Shown here piece by piece: positions 9,095 through 21,499 of a DNA stretch of 45,264 nt. Every line of letters starts with the position of its first letter. Position 1 is the first letter of the stretch. Source of the DNA: Roseiarcus sp. (GTDB taxonomy: Bacteria; Pseudomonadota; Alphaproteobacteria; Rhizobiales; Beijerinckiaceae); assembly GCA_030153205.1 (NCBI GenBank), contig JASLHV010000107.1, forward strand, positions 1 through 45,264. The letters are read 5' to 3'. The notes beneath the pieces were generated by a model. It did not search any database and was not told the origin of the DNA. It was given only the letters and a program-made list of their open reading frames with translations. The position numbers and the translations under genes are program-made.

Positions 9095-10399
9095 CTATTT
9101 CATCCCGTCGGGCTTAGCGCCGCCGGTAGCCCAATTCAACAATTCCACCGTATGAACGACCGGCGTGTCGGCGCCCAGGCCCAACTGCGTGATACAGCCG
9201 ACATTGCCGGCGGCGATCACATCGGGCTTGAGACGACGGATATTCGCCAGCTTTCGATCGCGCAGACGCGAGGCGATCTCCGGCTGCATAATATTGTACG
9301 TTCCTGCCGACCCGCAGCAGATGTGACCCTCCGCCGGCTCACGCACGGTGAAGCCCGCGCGCCTGAGCAAAGCCTTGGGTTGTTCGGTCACTTTCTGACC
9401 GTGCTGCATCGAGCACGCGGAATGATAAGCGACGGTGATTTTTTCCGCCTCGACGAAAGGCAAGTCGAGTGTCGCCAGATATTCCGTGACGTCCTTCGCC
9501 AGTGACGAGACGCGCGCGGCCTTGTCGGCATAGGAAGCGTCCTCGCGCAGCATGAAGCCGTAGTCCTTGACCGTCGTTCCGCAACCCGACGCGGTAATCA
9601 GTATGGCCTCGAGACCGCCCGCCTCGATTTCCGCCGTCCAAGCGTCGATATTGACTCTCGCTTGCTGAAGCGCGCGCGCCTCGCGTCCCATATGGTGGAC
9701 AAGCGAGCCACAGCAACCTTCCCCCATGGCGAGCACCACTTCGATTCCCGCGCGCGTCAGCAATTCGATGGCCGCCGCATTGGTCTGCGGCGTCAAGACA
9801 GATTGTGCGCAACCGCCAAGCAAGGCGACGCGTCGCTGCTGTGCAGCCCCATTTTTCGCCACAAAGACCGCGGGACCTGAAAAACGGCGGGCGGGTATTC
9901 GAGCCGGCGCGAGGGCGAGCATCGCCGCTATTCTCGGTCCAACTCCCGGCATACGTGCGAACACCGAGGCGAAGGGCCTGCCGATTTTCGCGGCCAGCAA
10001 GGCGAGCCGGAAAAGATTCGGCGAGGGAAGCACGCGGGCAAGCACGCCGCGCATGACGCGATCGGCGAGAGGCCGCTGATAGGTCTCTTCGATATAGGCG
10101 CGCGCATGATCGACGAGATGGGCGTAATGGACCCCTGAAGGGCATGTCGTCATGCAGGAGAGGCAGGAGAGACAACGATCGATATGTGTGACCACTTCCG
10201 TTGACGCCGGCTTCTCATTCTCCAGCATGTCCTTGATGAGGTAGATACGGCCGCGCGGGCTATCGAGTTCGTCGCCGAGCAAGAGATAGGTTGGGCAGGT
10301 CGCCGTGCAGAAGCCGCAATGGACGCAGGAGCGCAAAATTTTCTCCGACGCGCGCATATGCGGATCGGCGAGGCGTTGGGGCGAGAAGTTCGTCTGCAT
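9095..10399 (-). CDS. glcF: Glycolate oxidase iron-sulfur subunit
   Basis: CVHCGFCTATCP and CLSCLSCMTTCP Fe-S motifs, CCG domains; operon with glcDE. Confidence 0.93.
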   Translation of the reverse strand: MQTNFSPQRLADPHMRASEKILRSCVHCGFCTATCPTYLLLGDELDSPRGRIYLIKDMLENEKPASTEVVTHIDRCLSCLSCMTTCPSGVHYAHLVDHARAYIEETYQRPLADRVMRGVLARVLPSPNLFRLALLAAKIGRPFASVFARMPGVGPRIAAMLALAPARIPARRFSGPAVFVAKNGAAQQRRVALLGGCAQSVLTPQTNAAAIELLTRAGIEVVLAMGEGCCGSLVHHMGREARALQQARVNIDAWTAEIEAGGLEAILITASGCGTTVKDYGFMLREDASYADKAARVSSLAKDVTEYLATLDLPFVEAEKITVAYHSACSMQHGQKVTEQPKALLRRAGFTVREPAEGHICCGSAGTYNIMQPEIASRLRDRKLANIRRLKPDVIAAGNVGCITQLGLGADTPVVHTVELLNWATGGAKPDGMK

Positions 10400-10405
10400 G
10401 CCGCC

Positions 10406-11602
10406 TCAAACCCCGGGATACATTCGCTCGAAGTTGAAAACTGCGTCAGGATCGAAGCTCATCTTGACGCCCTTTGTCAGCTTCTTCAGCGCGGGCGACA
10501 AAGGTTCGAAGACATCGACGCTGGCGCGAAGGTCGTCTGGCGCGCGAACAAGCGTGGCGTGGCCGCCGACCGCGGCAAGCGTCGCCCTCACCTTTTCCGC
10601 TGCCGCGCGCGATGCTTCGCTCGCTATCCAAACGAGCCCGCCGCCCCAATCGTAATAGTGGGAAAGGGCAAGGGGGCCGAGCTTGGCGACGAAGGCTGCG
10701 CCCTTCGACGGCGCAAGGGAAACGCGCCAGATCGCGCGTTCGCGCGGCTCGGCGAGAAATTCGACGTCGCGGACGGCGCGCCACAGCCGGCGCGATTCGT
10801 CTTCGACGAGCGCGTGCTTTGCGCCGAAGGGCGCCAAGAGTTTTATCAATTCGCCAACGCGATGCTCCACCGAAGCCGCAAAGCCCTCGACACGAAGGAA
10901 CGTACGAGAAAATTCCCGTCCCATTCCCGCCTGGATATGGGCGGCGGCGCTGACGCCATAGGGCGAGCCAAGAGCCGCGGTCATCGCCTCCGTGCCGCGC
11001 GCGTCATCGAGCCGACGAATAACGATGCTCGCCTCGCGCTCGGGTCGGGGCAAGAGCTTGAACGTCGCTTCCGTCACCAGCCCAAGCGTCCCATGCGCGC
11101 CGCAAACAAGCTTGACGAGGTCGAGGCCGGTGACGTTCTTCATGACGCGGCCGCCGCTCTTGACGGCTTCGCCGCGCCCATTGACCACCCTTAGCCCGAT
11201 CAAACTGTCCCGCGCCGCGCCGGCGGTGATCCGGCGCGGGCCGGCGGCATTCGCGGCCACAATACCGCCGACGGTCGGCTCGCCGCTTGTCCCGTAGAGC
11301 GGGCGGTGATCCATCGGCTCAAACGGCAGCATCTGGCCCTTTTCGGCAAGCAGCGCCTCGATGGTCGAAGTTGGCGTTCCTGCCCGCGCAGCGATCACCA
11401 TCTCGGACGGCTCGTAGAAAATGACGCCGCTGAGCTGAGCAGTCGAAAGCGGATCTGCGTTAAGGGAGCGTCGTCCGAGCCCCGGCCGCGTGCCGCCGCC
11501 GACGATGACGAGCTTCCGCTTGCTCTGGCGCGCCGTACGAACGAACTCCGCGGCCGCCTCCTCGGTGCCCGGCGTCAACGCGGCCTCTTCCGTAAGAGTC
11601 AC
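10406..11602 (-). CDS. glcE: Glycolate oxidase FAD-binding subunit
   Basis: YEPSEMV, GGRVMKNVTGLDL motifs; GTG start overlaps the glcD stop (GTGA). Confidence 0.9.
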   Translation of the reverse strand: MTLTEEAALTPGTEEAAAEFVRTARQSKRKLVIVGGGTRPGLGRRSLNADPLSTAQLSGVIFYEPSEMVIAARAGTPTSTIEALLAEKGQMLPFEPMDHRPLYGTSGEPTVGGIVAANAAGPRRITAGAARDSLIGLRVVNGRGEAVKSGGRVMKNVTGLDLVKLVCGAHGTLGLVTEATFKLLPRPEREASIVIRRLDDARGTEAMTAALGSPYGVSAAAHIQAGMGREFSRTFLRVEGFAASVEHRVGELIKLLAPFGAKHALVEDESRRLWRAVRDVEFLAEPRERAIWRVSLAPSKGAAFVAKLGPLALSHYYDWGGGLVWIASEASRAAAEKVRATLAAVGGHATLVRAPDDLRASVDVFEPLSPALKKLTKGVKMSFDPDAVFNFERMYPGV

Positions 11603-13035
11603 GCCGCGATCCTTCCGGTCAATGGAAAGACCTTCGCCGGATTGAGCCGCCACTCCGGATCAAAGACGGCGCGCACGCGCATTTGCTGGGCAAGGTCCTC
11701 CGCGTTGAATTGGCACGGCATGAGGTCGCGCTTCTCGATGCCGACGCCGTGCTCGCCGGTGAGACAGCCGCCGAGTTCGACGCACATCCGCAAGACGTCT
11801 TCGCCCGCCGCCTCCGCCTTGGCCTGTTCGCTCGGATCATTGACGTTGTAAAGGATCAGAGGATGCATATTGCCATCGCCGGCGTGAAAGACATTGGCGA
11901 CGCGAAGGCCGTAGGAGGCGACGATCTCGCCCGTACGTTTCAACGCTTCCGGCAGCCGACTTGTCGGGACCGTACCATCCATACAGATATAGTCGGCGAC
12001 GCGTCCCGTGGCCCCGAAGGCTGATTTGCGTCCCTTCCATATCTGCGCCGCCTCCATCGCCGACATGCATTCCTTCACGACCTTGACGTCATGGGTCTTG
12101 GCGATGGCAAGGATTTTCGCGAGTTCGGCGTCAATCTCCTGCGTCGAGCCCTCGACCTCGATGATCAGCATGGCTTCCACATTGAGCGGATAACCCGCAT
12201 GGGCGAAGGCCTCGCAAATCTCAATGGCGGGCTTGTCCATATATTCCATGGCGACCGGAAGGATACCCGCACCGATGATCGCGGCGACGCAGGCGCCCGC
12301 CGCGTCGGCGGAATCAAATCCGAAAAGGACCGGCCGCGCCCCTTCCGCCGCGCGGATGAGGCGAACCGTGGCCTCAGCGACAATCCCAAGCTGGCCTTCC
12401 GAGCCTGTCATCAGACCCATGAAGTCGAGACCGCCAGCGTCAAATTGAGACCCGCCGAACGCAACGACTTCGCCATCGAGGAGCACAACCTTGAGACCGA
12501 GAAGATTGTTCGTCGTCACCCCGTATTTCAGGCAATGCGCGCCGCCCGAATTCATGCCGATATTGCCGCCGATGGTGCAAGCAAGTTGCGACGAAGGATC
12601 GGGAGCGTAGAAAAAACCGTCCGCCGAGACGGCGTCGGAAATTGCGAGATTGGTGACGCCGGCTTGAACCCGCGCGTAGCGATCGGCGAGATTGATCTCG
12701 AGGATGCGGTTCATCTTGGAAAGACCGATGACGACCGCGTCCTCCTGCGGGATAGCCCCGCCCGAAAGTGAGGTCCCTGCGCCGCGCGGCACGGCGTTGA
12801 CGCCCGCCTGACGGCAAAATTTCAGGACGCTGGCGATCTCCTCGGTCGAGCTCGGCAACGCCACGGCGAGCGGCAATCGGCGATAGGCGGTGAGCGCGTC
12901 GGTCTCGAAGGCGCGGCGTTCTTCTTCAGATACGATCAGGGCGCTCTTGGGCAACAGCGCGGAGAGGCCGGCAATGATTTCATCGCGGCGGGCGAGGATT
13001 GAAGGATCGGGTTGGGGGAAAGCGATTTGAGACAT
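11599..13035 (-). CDS. glcD: Glycolate oxidase subunit, FAD-linked oxidase
   Basis: PRGAGTSLSGG, APDPSSQLACTIGGN, HAGDGNMHP, GEHGVGIEK. Confidence 0.92.
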   Translation of the reverse strand: MSQIAFPQPDPSILARRDEIIAGLSALLPKSALIVSEEERRAFETDALTAYRRLPLAVALPSSTEEIASVLKFCRQAGVNAVPRGAGTSLSGGAIPQEDAVVIGLSKMNRILEINLADRYARVQAGVTNLAISDAVSADGFFYAPDPSSQLACTIGGNIGMNSGGAHCLKYGVTTNNLLGLKVVLLDGEVVAFGGSQFDAGGLDFMGLMTGSEGQLGIVAEATVRLIRAAEGARPVLFGFDSADAAGACVAAIIGAGILPVAMEYMDKPAIEICEAFAHAGYPLNVEAMLIIEVEGSTQEIDAELAKILAIAKTHDVKVVKECMSAMEAAQIWKGRKSAFGATGRVADYICMDGTVPTSRLPEALKRTGEIVASYGLRVANVFHAGDGNMHPLILYNVNDPSEQAKAEAAGEDVLRMCVELGGCLTGEHGVGIEKRDLMPCQFNAEDLAQQMRVRAVFDPEWRLNPAKVFPLTGRIAA

Positions 13036-13182
13036 GGGACTCCCGAGCGGGCTGCCCATGAAACTAGCGCAACTTGCCCTCAATGTGCAGTGCATGGATT
13101 CTGGCGCCGCGGTTTGGCGGAGCGTGCGCGACGGTCGGGCCGCCTCATATCGGGAACTCTTTTGGAGTGAAGGACCGCTCGG

Positions 13183-14496
13183 CTACACCAAGACCGGCTG
13201 TGCGCTGACCCCAGCCGCGCCGAAGACGCGCTGATAGCGTTCGATCTCCGCGGCAGGCCCGAGCATCTTGTTGGGATTGTCCGAGAGTTTGACGGCGGGC
13301 TTTCCGTCGGCCTCGACGACTTTGCAGACGAGGGAGATGGCCCGGAGCTCGCCGTCGGCGCCGGCCGGCGCGCAGCCCATGAAATCATTGGTGAGGTTGG
13401 TGCCCCAGCCAATCGAGACGTTTACCTTCCCGCGCAAAGCGCGCACGGCCTCTTCGATCGTATCGATGTCGAGTCCATCGGAGAGAACGACGAGTTTCTC
13501 GCGCGGATCGCGGCCGCGTTCGCGCCACCAGGCGATAAGTTCTCGCGCCGCTGGAATGGGCGACTTGGAATCGGGACGCGCGCCTTTCCAATCGGCGACC
13601 CAGTCCGGGGCCTGTTCGAGGAAGGCGGTGGTGCCGAAGCAATCCGGCAGGACAACAAGAAGATTGCCGCCATACATGCGCGCCCAATCGCGCAACACAG
13701 CATAAGGCGCATCGCGCAAAGCTTCGTCGTCCTCCGCCAGCGCCGCATAGACCATGGGAAGTTCGTGGGCGTTCGTGCCGATCGCCTCGAGGCCGGTGTC
13801 CATGGCGTGCTTGACGTTCGACGTGCCGACGAAGCTCTCGCCCAAGCCTTCCTGCATCGCTTCGACGCACCAGCGCTGCCACAAGAAACCATGCCGCCTC
13901 CGAGTGCCGAAGTCGGAAAGGCGCAGCGTCCCTTCTTTCGCCAATATGCGCAGCCTTTCGACTTTGCTCCACAGCTTGGCCTTGGCGCGTGCGTAAAGAA
14001 CATCGAGATCGAAACGGCTCATGGCGCGCACCGCGGCGCGGGCCCTGAGTTCGTTGATAATGGCGAGAGCTGGAATCTCCCACATCGTCGTCCCGGTCCA
14101 TGGCCCTTCGAAACGCAATTCGAACTGGCCGTCGCGACGGATCAATTCGTACTCCGGCAAGCGAAAGCCCGCGAACCATTCCATAAAGGCCGGCTCGAAT
14201 ATCTGCTTGGTCCCATAGAAACTATTGCCGGCAAGCCAAATCAACTCATTCTTCGCCAGGCGGAGAGAACGCGCGTGATCAAGCTGGTCGATGAGCTCGC
14301 GTTCCTCGACAATGTCGGCGATGCGGACGCTGGTGTTGCGGTTGATGAGCTGAAAAGTGACGTGCCGATCGCCATGCAGCTTCCAGATCATTTGCAGCAT
14401 GAGCAATTTATAGAAATCCGTATCGAGCAGCGTGCGCACGATCGGGTCGATGCGGAACGTGTGATTGTAAACGCGCGTCGCGATATCCGGGATCAT
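13183..14496 (-). CDS. pncB: Nicotinate phosphoribosyltransferase
   Basis: [29 protein letters not shown]. Confidence 0.95.
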   Translation of the reverse strand: MIPDIATRVYNHTFRIDPIVRTLLDTDFYKLLMLQMIWKLHGDRHVTFQLINRNTSVRIADIVEERELIDQLDHARSLRLAKNELIWLAGNSFYGTKQIFEPAFMEWFAGFRLPEYELIRRDGQFELRFEGPWTGTTMWEIPALAIINELRARAAVRAMSRFDLDVLYARAKAKLWSKVERLRILAKEGTLRLSDFGTRRRHGFLWQRWCVEAMQEGLGESFVGTSNVKHAMDTGLEAIGTNAHELPMVYAALAEDDEALRDAPYAVLRDWARMYGGNLLVVLPDCFGTTAFLEQAPDWVADWKGARPDSKSPIPAARELIAWWRERGRDPREKLVVLSDGLDIDTIEEAVRALRGKVNVSIGWGTNLTNDFMGCAPAGADGELRAISLVCKVVEADGKPAVKLSDNPNKMLGPAAEIERYQRVFGAAGVSAQPVLV

Positions 14497-14629
14497 GGCT
14501 TTGAGCCTAAAGGCGCGACGGCGCGCCGACAATAGCGACGCCAAAGGCTTGCCGAATCGACCGCGATGGCCCGATCATCGCCCCGCTCAGAGGCAAGTTA
14601 AGATCGGACCGACGTCAACGAGAATCATC

Positions 14630-15310
14630 ATGCCATTCAAAGGTTTCGGGCCCCAGGCGCTGCCTTTTTTCAAGGCGCTCGCCTTCCATCAGACGAAAGA
14701 ATGGTTCGAACAAAACCGCGAGATTTACGAAACGCAGGTCAAAGAGCCGTTCGGCGATCTCATCGACGATGTGAGCGCCGCTTTCGGCAAGGCCAAGCTG
14801 CCGCTCAAGGGCAATCGCAAGAGCGCCTTGTTTCGCCTGCATCGCGACATCCGGTTCTCGAAAGACAAGAGCCCCTATAAGACGCATGCCGGCGCGGTGC
14901 TGACGCGCAGCGGCGGCAAGAACGACCAGGGACTTTTCTACATCCATGTCTCGCCGGAAGAGTGCTTTACCGCCGCCGGCTTTTACGCGCCGGAGCCGCC
15001 GGATCTAGCGCGCCTGCGCCGCGCCATTGCACGCGCGCCAAAACCTTATGCAAAGATGATCGGCGCGCTTGAAAAGAAGCAGCTCGCTCTTTCCGACGAG
15101 TACGACGTTTCGAGATTGCCGCGCGAATTCGCCGATGTGACCGACCCGAATGTCGCCGCCGCGATCAAGAAGAAATCTTTCATCGTCACACGGCCGATCC
15201 GGCCGGCGAGACTGAAGTCGTCCGCGCTGGTCGAGGATCTCGTGGTTTTCGCCAAAGACGCGCTGCCGCTGCTGCAATGGGGTTGGGCGGCGATCGTCGA
15301 CGAAAGATAG
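14630..15310 (+). CDS. DUF2461 (TIGR02453) family protein
   Basis: KEWFEQNR, FRLHRDIRFSKDKSPYKTH signature. Confidence 0.88.
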   Translation: MPFKGFGPQALPFFKALAFHQTKEWFEQNREIYETQVKEPFGDLIDDVSAAFGKAKLPLKGNRKSALFRLHRDIRFSKDKSPYKTHAGAVLTRSGGKNDQGLFYIHVSPEECFTAAGFYAPEPPDLARLRRAIARAPKPYAKMIGALEKKQLALSDEYDVSRLPREFADVTDPNVAAAIKKKSFIVTRPIRPARLKSSALVEDLVVFAKDALPLLQWGWAAIVDER

Positions 15311-15329
15311 CGCGCCGCCGTTCTCTGCG

Positions 15330-16199
15330 TCAGGCGGCTGCGACTTGAAGAGGCGTAGCGCCAACCGTCGCGCGCACGGCGTCGGCGAGGGCCGTCGCCT
15401 CAGCGCTGAGTTTTCCCGGCGCATGAATGAGACCAATGCCAGAGGGCGCCAAAGGCGGCATCCCGGATTCCGGGCCCAATACGCGCAGATCGTTTGGCAC
15501 GCAGCCGAGTGGGAGGATCGTCACGGCGAGTCCGGCCCGAACCACGGGACCGATCGCCGAATAATTGTTCGAGGTGAACAGAGCCCGGGTCTCCCGATTG
15601 CTGGTCCGCAACGCTTGCTCGGCGATCCGGCGCCAAACGCAGATGGTGCTGGAGACCGCAAGCGGCACCGGCGCGCCTTCCTCCAATTGGAAGTGCTTGG
15701 ACGCGACCCAAGCCAGTGGATCTTCGCGGATGACCTCGACATTCTCGACGCCCTCCATATCCGTAACCAGCGCAAGGTCGAGCGCCCGGGCGCGAACTTG
15801 CGCCGCCAGCGATACGGAGGATTCGCAGAGGACGGAGATTTCCACCAACGGATGTCGGCGGCAAAAGCGCGTCAGGATGTCGGCGAGAAAAAACTCGGCG
15901 TAGTCGTCAGGCGTGCCGAACCGGATGCGGCCAGAAAGCCCGTTACGCGATAGCGCGGCGAGCGCGCTCGCTTCGGTCTGAACGATGCGCCTTGCATATT
16001 CGATCAGCCGCTCGCCCTCTTCCGACAAGCGCGCGCCGCGACCTTGCTTGATGAAAAGCGCGACGCCAAGTTGCTCTTCGAGGCGGCGAATATGCATCGA
16101 AACCGCGGACTGAGTTTTGTTCACGCGTTCGGCGGCGCGGGTGAACGAGCCGGTATCGACGATGGCGAGAAAGGAACGAAGCTGGTCGGTGTCGAGCAT
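15330..16199 (-). CDS. LysR family transcriptional regulator
   Basis: N-terminal HTH GSFTRAAERVNKTQSAVSMHIRRLE plus substrate-binding domain. Confidence 0.95.
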   Translation of the reverse strand: MLDTDQLRSFLAIVDTGSFTRAAERVNKTQSAVSMHIRRLEEQLGVALFIKQGRGARLSEEGERLIEYARRIVQTEASALAALSRNGLSGRIRFGTPDDYAEFFLADILTRFCRRHPLVEISVLCESSVSLAAQVRARALDLALVTDMEGVENVEVIREDPLAWVASKHFQLEEGAPVPLAVSSTICVWRRIAEQALRTSNRETRALFTSNNYSAIGPVVRAGLAVTILPLGCVPNDLRVLGPESGMPPLAPSGIGLIHAPGKLSAEATALADAVRATVGATPLQVAAA

Positions 16200-16207
16200 G
16201 GCGATTC

Positions 16208-16223
16208 ATCGCAAGTTGTGATG
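16208..16223. promoter_or_regulatory. Putative LysR T-N11-A box
   Basis: ATCGCAAGTTGTGAT (ATC-N9-GAT) just upstream of the LysR start, in the divergent promoter. Confidence 0.5.
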
Positions 16224-16352
16224 GATTACCTTACAAACATTCGTTGGACCGATCAATAAGAATCCGGCATTCTCTTCCTCATCAAGTCATTGATATCGCT
16301 GCGCCGCCGCCCTCGACGGCCAACGGGATCGCTTTGCCCAGAGGAGAGACCG

Positions 16353-16631
16353 ATGAACGCCGTTACCGCTCCCTGCCCGAATCCCTCATCGTTCGGGCGT
16401 CATTCCTTGGCCGAGAGGCTCGCCGCCCTGGCCGCCCGTATCGCCCTGTGGCCAGCCCATGTCGTCGCCGCCCGTCGCACGCTCGCCCAGCTCGCCTCGT
16501 TGAGCGAATACGAACTGCGCGATGTTGGCCTGACCCGTCAGGATCTGGTTGATCTCACGGCGCGGCCGTTGGATGAGGATCCCACGCCGCATCTCAACCG
16601 GGCGCGGATCAGCCGCGCTCGGCGGGTCTAA
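16353..16631 (+). CDS. DUF1127 domain protein
   Basis: RRTLAQLASLSEYELRDVGLTR motif; RBS GAGGAG; divergent from LysR. Confidence 0.88.
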   Translation: MNAVTAPCPNPSSFGRHSLAERLAALAARIALWPAHVVAARRTLAQLASLSEYELRDVGLTRQDLVDLTARPLDEDPTPHLNRARISRARRV

Positions 16632-17119
16632 GCGTCTTTGCGCCGGCTCAGAAATTCTTGGAAAGCGCGCAAGGTCGCGTCGCTGACATAATGCTCGACG
16701 CCTTCGGCGTCGGCCTCGGCGGCTTCGCGGGGGGCGCCGACGGCGATCAATAAATCAACGACCAGGCGATGGCGTTCGCGGACGCGTTTCGCCATAGCCT
16801 GCCCTGCTTCGGTGAGAAAAATCCCGCGATAGGGCTTTGCCGTCGCTAAGCCTTCACGCTTCAAGCGGGCAATCGTCTTAGTCGCTGTGGGATGGGCGAC
16901 GCCCAGTCTCTTCGCAATGTCGATCGCCCGCGCTTCCCCATTGGCGGCGATCAGATCTGCGATCAGCTCGGTATAATCTTCGAGCATGGCGGCGGAGCGG
17001 GCGGATCGCGCCTTGCTGAAACGATCGGCTTGCACCGGCTCTGTCGCCAATGCGCCGGCGACGGCCGGTTCACGTTTGTGACGCCCGACGCCGCTCTCGG
17101 GTTTTTCTGAACGCGCCAC
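16628..17119 (-). CDS. mntR: Manganese-responsive DtxR-family regulator MntR
   Basis: EDYTELIADL, PYRGIFLT, RERHRLV, DAEGVEH; divergent from mntH; start uncertain (17119 GTG or 17161). Confidence 0.88.
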   Translation of the reverse strand: MARSEKPESGVGRHKREPAVAGALATEPVQADRFSKARSARSAAMLEDYTELIADLIAANGEARAIDIAKRLGVAHPTATKTIARLKREGLATAKPYRGIFLTEAGQAMAKRVRERHRLVVDLLIAVGAPREAAEADAEGVEHYVSDATLRAFQEFLSRRKDA

Positions 17120-17266
17120 GTCGCTCTTCCATCTTTCACAATTTGACGACGAATCTATCAATCTCCAGCCTTGGCTGCAAAATCCTCCTGTGAATTACGC
17201 GTCCGCACGCCTCCGGTGATTGTGAGCCGCCAGCCCGTAAGCGCCTTTCGCAGCCTATTGACTACG

Positions 17267-17284
17267 ATGTAGCATAAGCTACAT
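17267..17284. promoter_or_regulatory. MntR operator overlapping the mntH promoter
   Basis: Perfect inverted repeat ATGTAGC-ATAA-GCTACAT directly after TTGACT (-35, 17258-17263). Confidence 0.8.
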
Positions 17285-17308
17285 TATTAAGCGGAGGCGT
17301 TAAGGAAG

Positions 17309-18622
17309 ATGAAGATGAGCGAGGCCGCCTTGAATCAGGGCCTGTCGGACCGGACAGCGGACGCCATTCATGACGTCCTTTCCGGCAAGTCTCGTCGTTT
17401 CAGCCCGTTCCTCTTCGCCGGCCCCGCGGTCGTCGCCTCAATCGCTTATATGGACCCGGGCAATTTCGCGACGAACATTCAAGCCGGCGCAAAATACGGC
17501 TATGCGCTGCTCTGGGTCGTGCTGGCGGCGAATGTGGTCGCTATGCTTTTCCAGGCGCTTTCCGCAAAGCTCGGCGTCGTCACGGGTCGCAACCTTGCGG
17601 AAATGTGCCGCGAGCACTTTCCGTTTCCTTTGGTGGTCGGTCTTTGGATCATCAGCGAGATCGCGGCGATGGCGACGGACCTTGCCGAATTTCTCGGCGG
17701 GGCGATTGGTCTTTCGCTCCTCTTGCATATGCCGCTGCTGCTCGGCATGGCGGTCACGGCGGTTTTGACATACGGGCTTTTGGTCGCCGCGGGCCGGGGC
17801 TTCCGGCCGATGGAGTTGATCATAGGCGCGCTCGTCGCGGCGATCAGCCTTTGCTACCTGATCGAGCTCTTCATCGCGCCGGTCGATTGGGCCGCAGCGG
17901 CTTTCGGCTCGATTGCGCCGCAGATTCCAAACGCCGGCGCGCTCACCATCGCCGTGGGAATCGTTGGGGCGACCGTGATGCCCCATGCGATTTTCCTGCA
18001 CTCCGGGCTGACGCAAAACCGAGCGCCAGCGCGCAACGATAACGAACGGCGCAAGCTTGTCCGTTTCTCCAATCGCGAAGTCGTCATCGCGCTCGCTATC
18101 GCCGGCGCCGTGAATATGGCGATGGTGATCACGGCCGCCAGCGCTTTCCATCAGGGCCATAGCGACGTCGCCGAAATCGAGACGGCTTACGCGACTTTGA
18201 CGCCTTTGCTCGGCGCCGGCGCCGCCGCGATCTTTCTGGTTTCGCTCCTCGCCTCGGGTCTGTCGAGCTCAATGGTCGGAACGATGGCGGGCCAGATGAT
18301 CATGCAGGGCTTTGTCGGCTTCCGCATCCCGATCATCGTACGTCGGCTTGTCACGATGATTCCCGCTTTCGTCGTTGTCGCGATCGGCGTCAACGCGACG
18401 CAGGCCTTGGTCGTGAGCCAGGTGGTCCTTAGCCTCGCCTTGCCTGCGCCGATGATTGCGTTGGTGCTCTTCACGCGTCGCCGCGCCATTATGGGCGCTT
18501 ACGCGAACAGCCGCCTAACCGACGTCGCGGCGATCGCCGCGACTGTTGCAATCCTTGCGCTGAACGCGATCCTACTCGCTCAAGCGTTCGGCGTGAACCT
18601 GCCTTTCCTCCCGAGCGTGTAG
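17309..18622 (+). CDS. mntH: Nramp family Mn2+ transporter
   Basis: AYMDPGNFATN and GATVMPHA motifs; multi-pass membrane protein. Confidence 0.95.
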   Translation: MKMSEAALNQGLSDRTADAIHDVLSGKSRRFSPFLFAGPAVVASIAYMDPGNFATNIQAGAKYGYALLWVVLAANVVAMLFQALSAKLGVVTGRNLAEMCREHFPFPLVVGLWIISEIAAMATDLAEFLGGAIGLSLLLHMPLLLGMAVTAVLTYGLLVAAGRGFRPMELIIGALVAAISLCYLIELFIAPVDWAAAAFGSIAPQIPNAGALTIAVGIVGATVMPHAIFLHSGLTQNRAPARNDNERRKLVRFSNREVVIALAIAGAVNMAMVITAASAFHQGHSDVAEIETAYATLTPLLGAGAAAIFLVSLLASGLSSSMVGTMAGQMIMQGFVGFRIPIIVRRLVTMIPAFVVVAIGVNATQALVVSQVVLSLALPAPMIALVLFTRRRAIMGAYANSRLTDVAAIAATVAILALNAILLAQAFGVNLPFLPSV

Positions 18623-18650
18623 CCCATCTCCTCATAAAACGGGGAGAGAG
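18623..18650. repeat. REP-like hairpin / possible terminator between convergent genes
   Basis: CCCATCTCCTC-ATAAAAC-GGGGAGAGAG, similar to the hairpins at 31387 and 38278. Confidence 0.45.
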
Positions 18651-18660
18651 AATACGTCCT

Positions 18661-20424
<1,764 letters not shown>

Positions 20425-20428
<4 letters not shown>

Positions 20429-20835
20429 TCCACCTCGATACCAATGCGATGATCGCGCTGCTCAATAACACCCCCCGCAGGGTGCGCGAGCAATTCGGAG
20501 AGGCCCAAGCCGCTGGCGTGAAGATGGCAATCTCGACGATCGTCCACCACGAACTGATGTACGCCGCCGCCGGCAGACGCTGTCGGGCGGAGAACGAGGA
20601 TAAGATCGCCTCAATGCTTCTTGCCAGCGCCATCTCGGTCATCCCCTTCGAGGCCGCCGACGCGACGCATGCCGCGGATATTCGCGTTTATCTCAAGCGG
20701 ATCGGCCTCCCGATCGGCCCTTATGATGTGCTGATCGCCGGCCAGGCCCGCCGCCATGGCGCGACGCTGGTCACATCCAACCTGGGCGAATTCAAGCGCG
20801 TGCCCGGACTGATCGTCATGGATTGGGCGGCGTAG
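20425..20835 (+). CDS. vapC: VapC PIN-domain toxin
   Basis: LDTN, ELMY, IGPYDVLIAGQA, LVTSNLGEF. Confidence 0.9.
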
Positions 20836-20979
20836 GCGCCCGATGGTTTCCAATGGAGACGAGACGAAACAAGCGATAATGAGCAATGAAGCCTTTCTCG
20901 ATATGACTGTTCTGATTTATACGGTTCTGACACCCCGCGTGAGCGGCCAACTTGTGGACAAATTCCAGAGCTTGGGGCC

Positions 20980-21237
20980 TCACCCGACCCGAAAACGCTT
21001 CCCCGCAATAATCTGATCGACTGCGCCATTGGCCATCATGTCGCGGTCGAGCCCGGAGTCGGCGAGGGCGAGAATGGCGGCGGCGATGTTGCGTTTGAGA
21101 ATCATCGCCGCACGTTCGTCGCAGAGATCCGTTTCATAAGTCTCCAATATCCGCCACGCCATCACAAAGGCTTCGCTCATCACGCGCGTCGCCTCGTCGT
21201 CGTAGAAACTCGGTTGAGAATGAATCTGTCGCGCCAT
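20980..21237 (-). CDS. Small hypothetical protein of a Hyphomicrobiales-type helical family
   Basis: FYDDEATRVMSEAFVMAW...IAAAILALADSG pattern; plausible ATG at 21237. Confidence 0.6.
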   Translation of the reverse strand: MARQIHSQPSFYDDEATRVMSEAFVMAWRILETYETDLCDERAAMILKRNIAAAILALADSGLDRDMMANGAVDQIIAGKRFRVG

Positions 21238-21499
21238 CGCGGAACTCGTCGCGTCGAGAGGCGCAGCGGAGCAACTCCGCTTCTGGCCTCGGGCTCCCCG
21301 TTCTTTCGCCGGCGTTGCTTTGCGTCGCACCCGCTCACCGGCTGATTGTCAGCAGCGCCGATAACCCATCTTCGTGGGCATTTTGAGGCGACGATTGCCC
21401 GATTCGTCGCAAAGTCGCGGAACTTTCCGCCGTCCAGACCGTAATTCCCTTTCAAAGGCCTCGGGTGATTGACGCTGCAGGCAAAAAAGGGGTCCCGCC

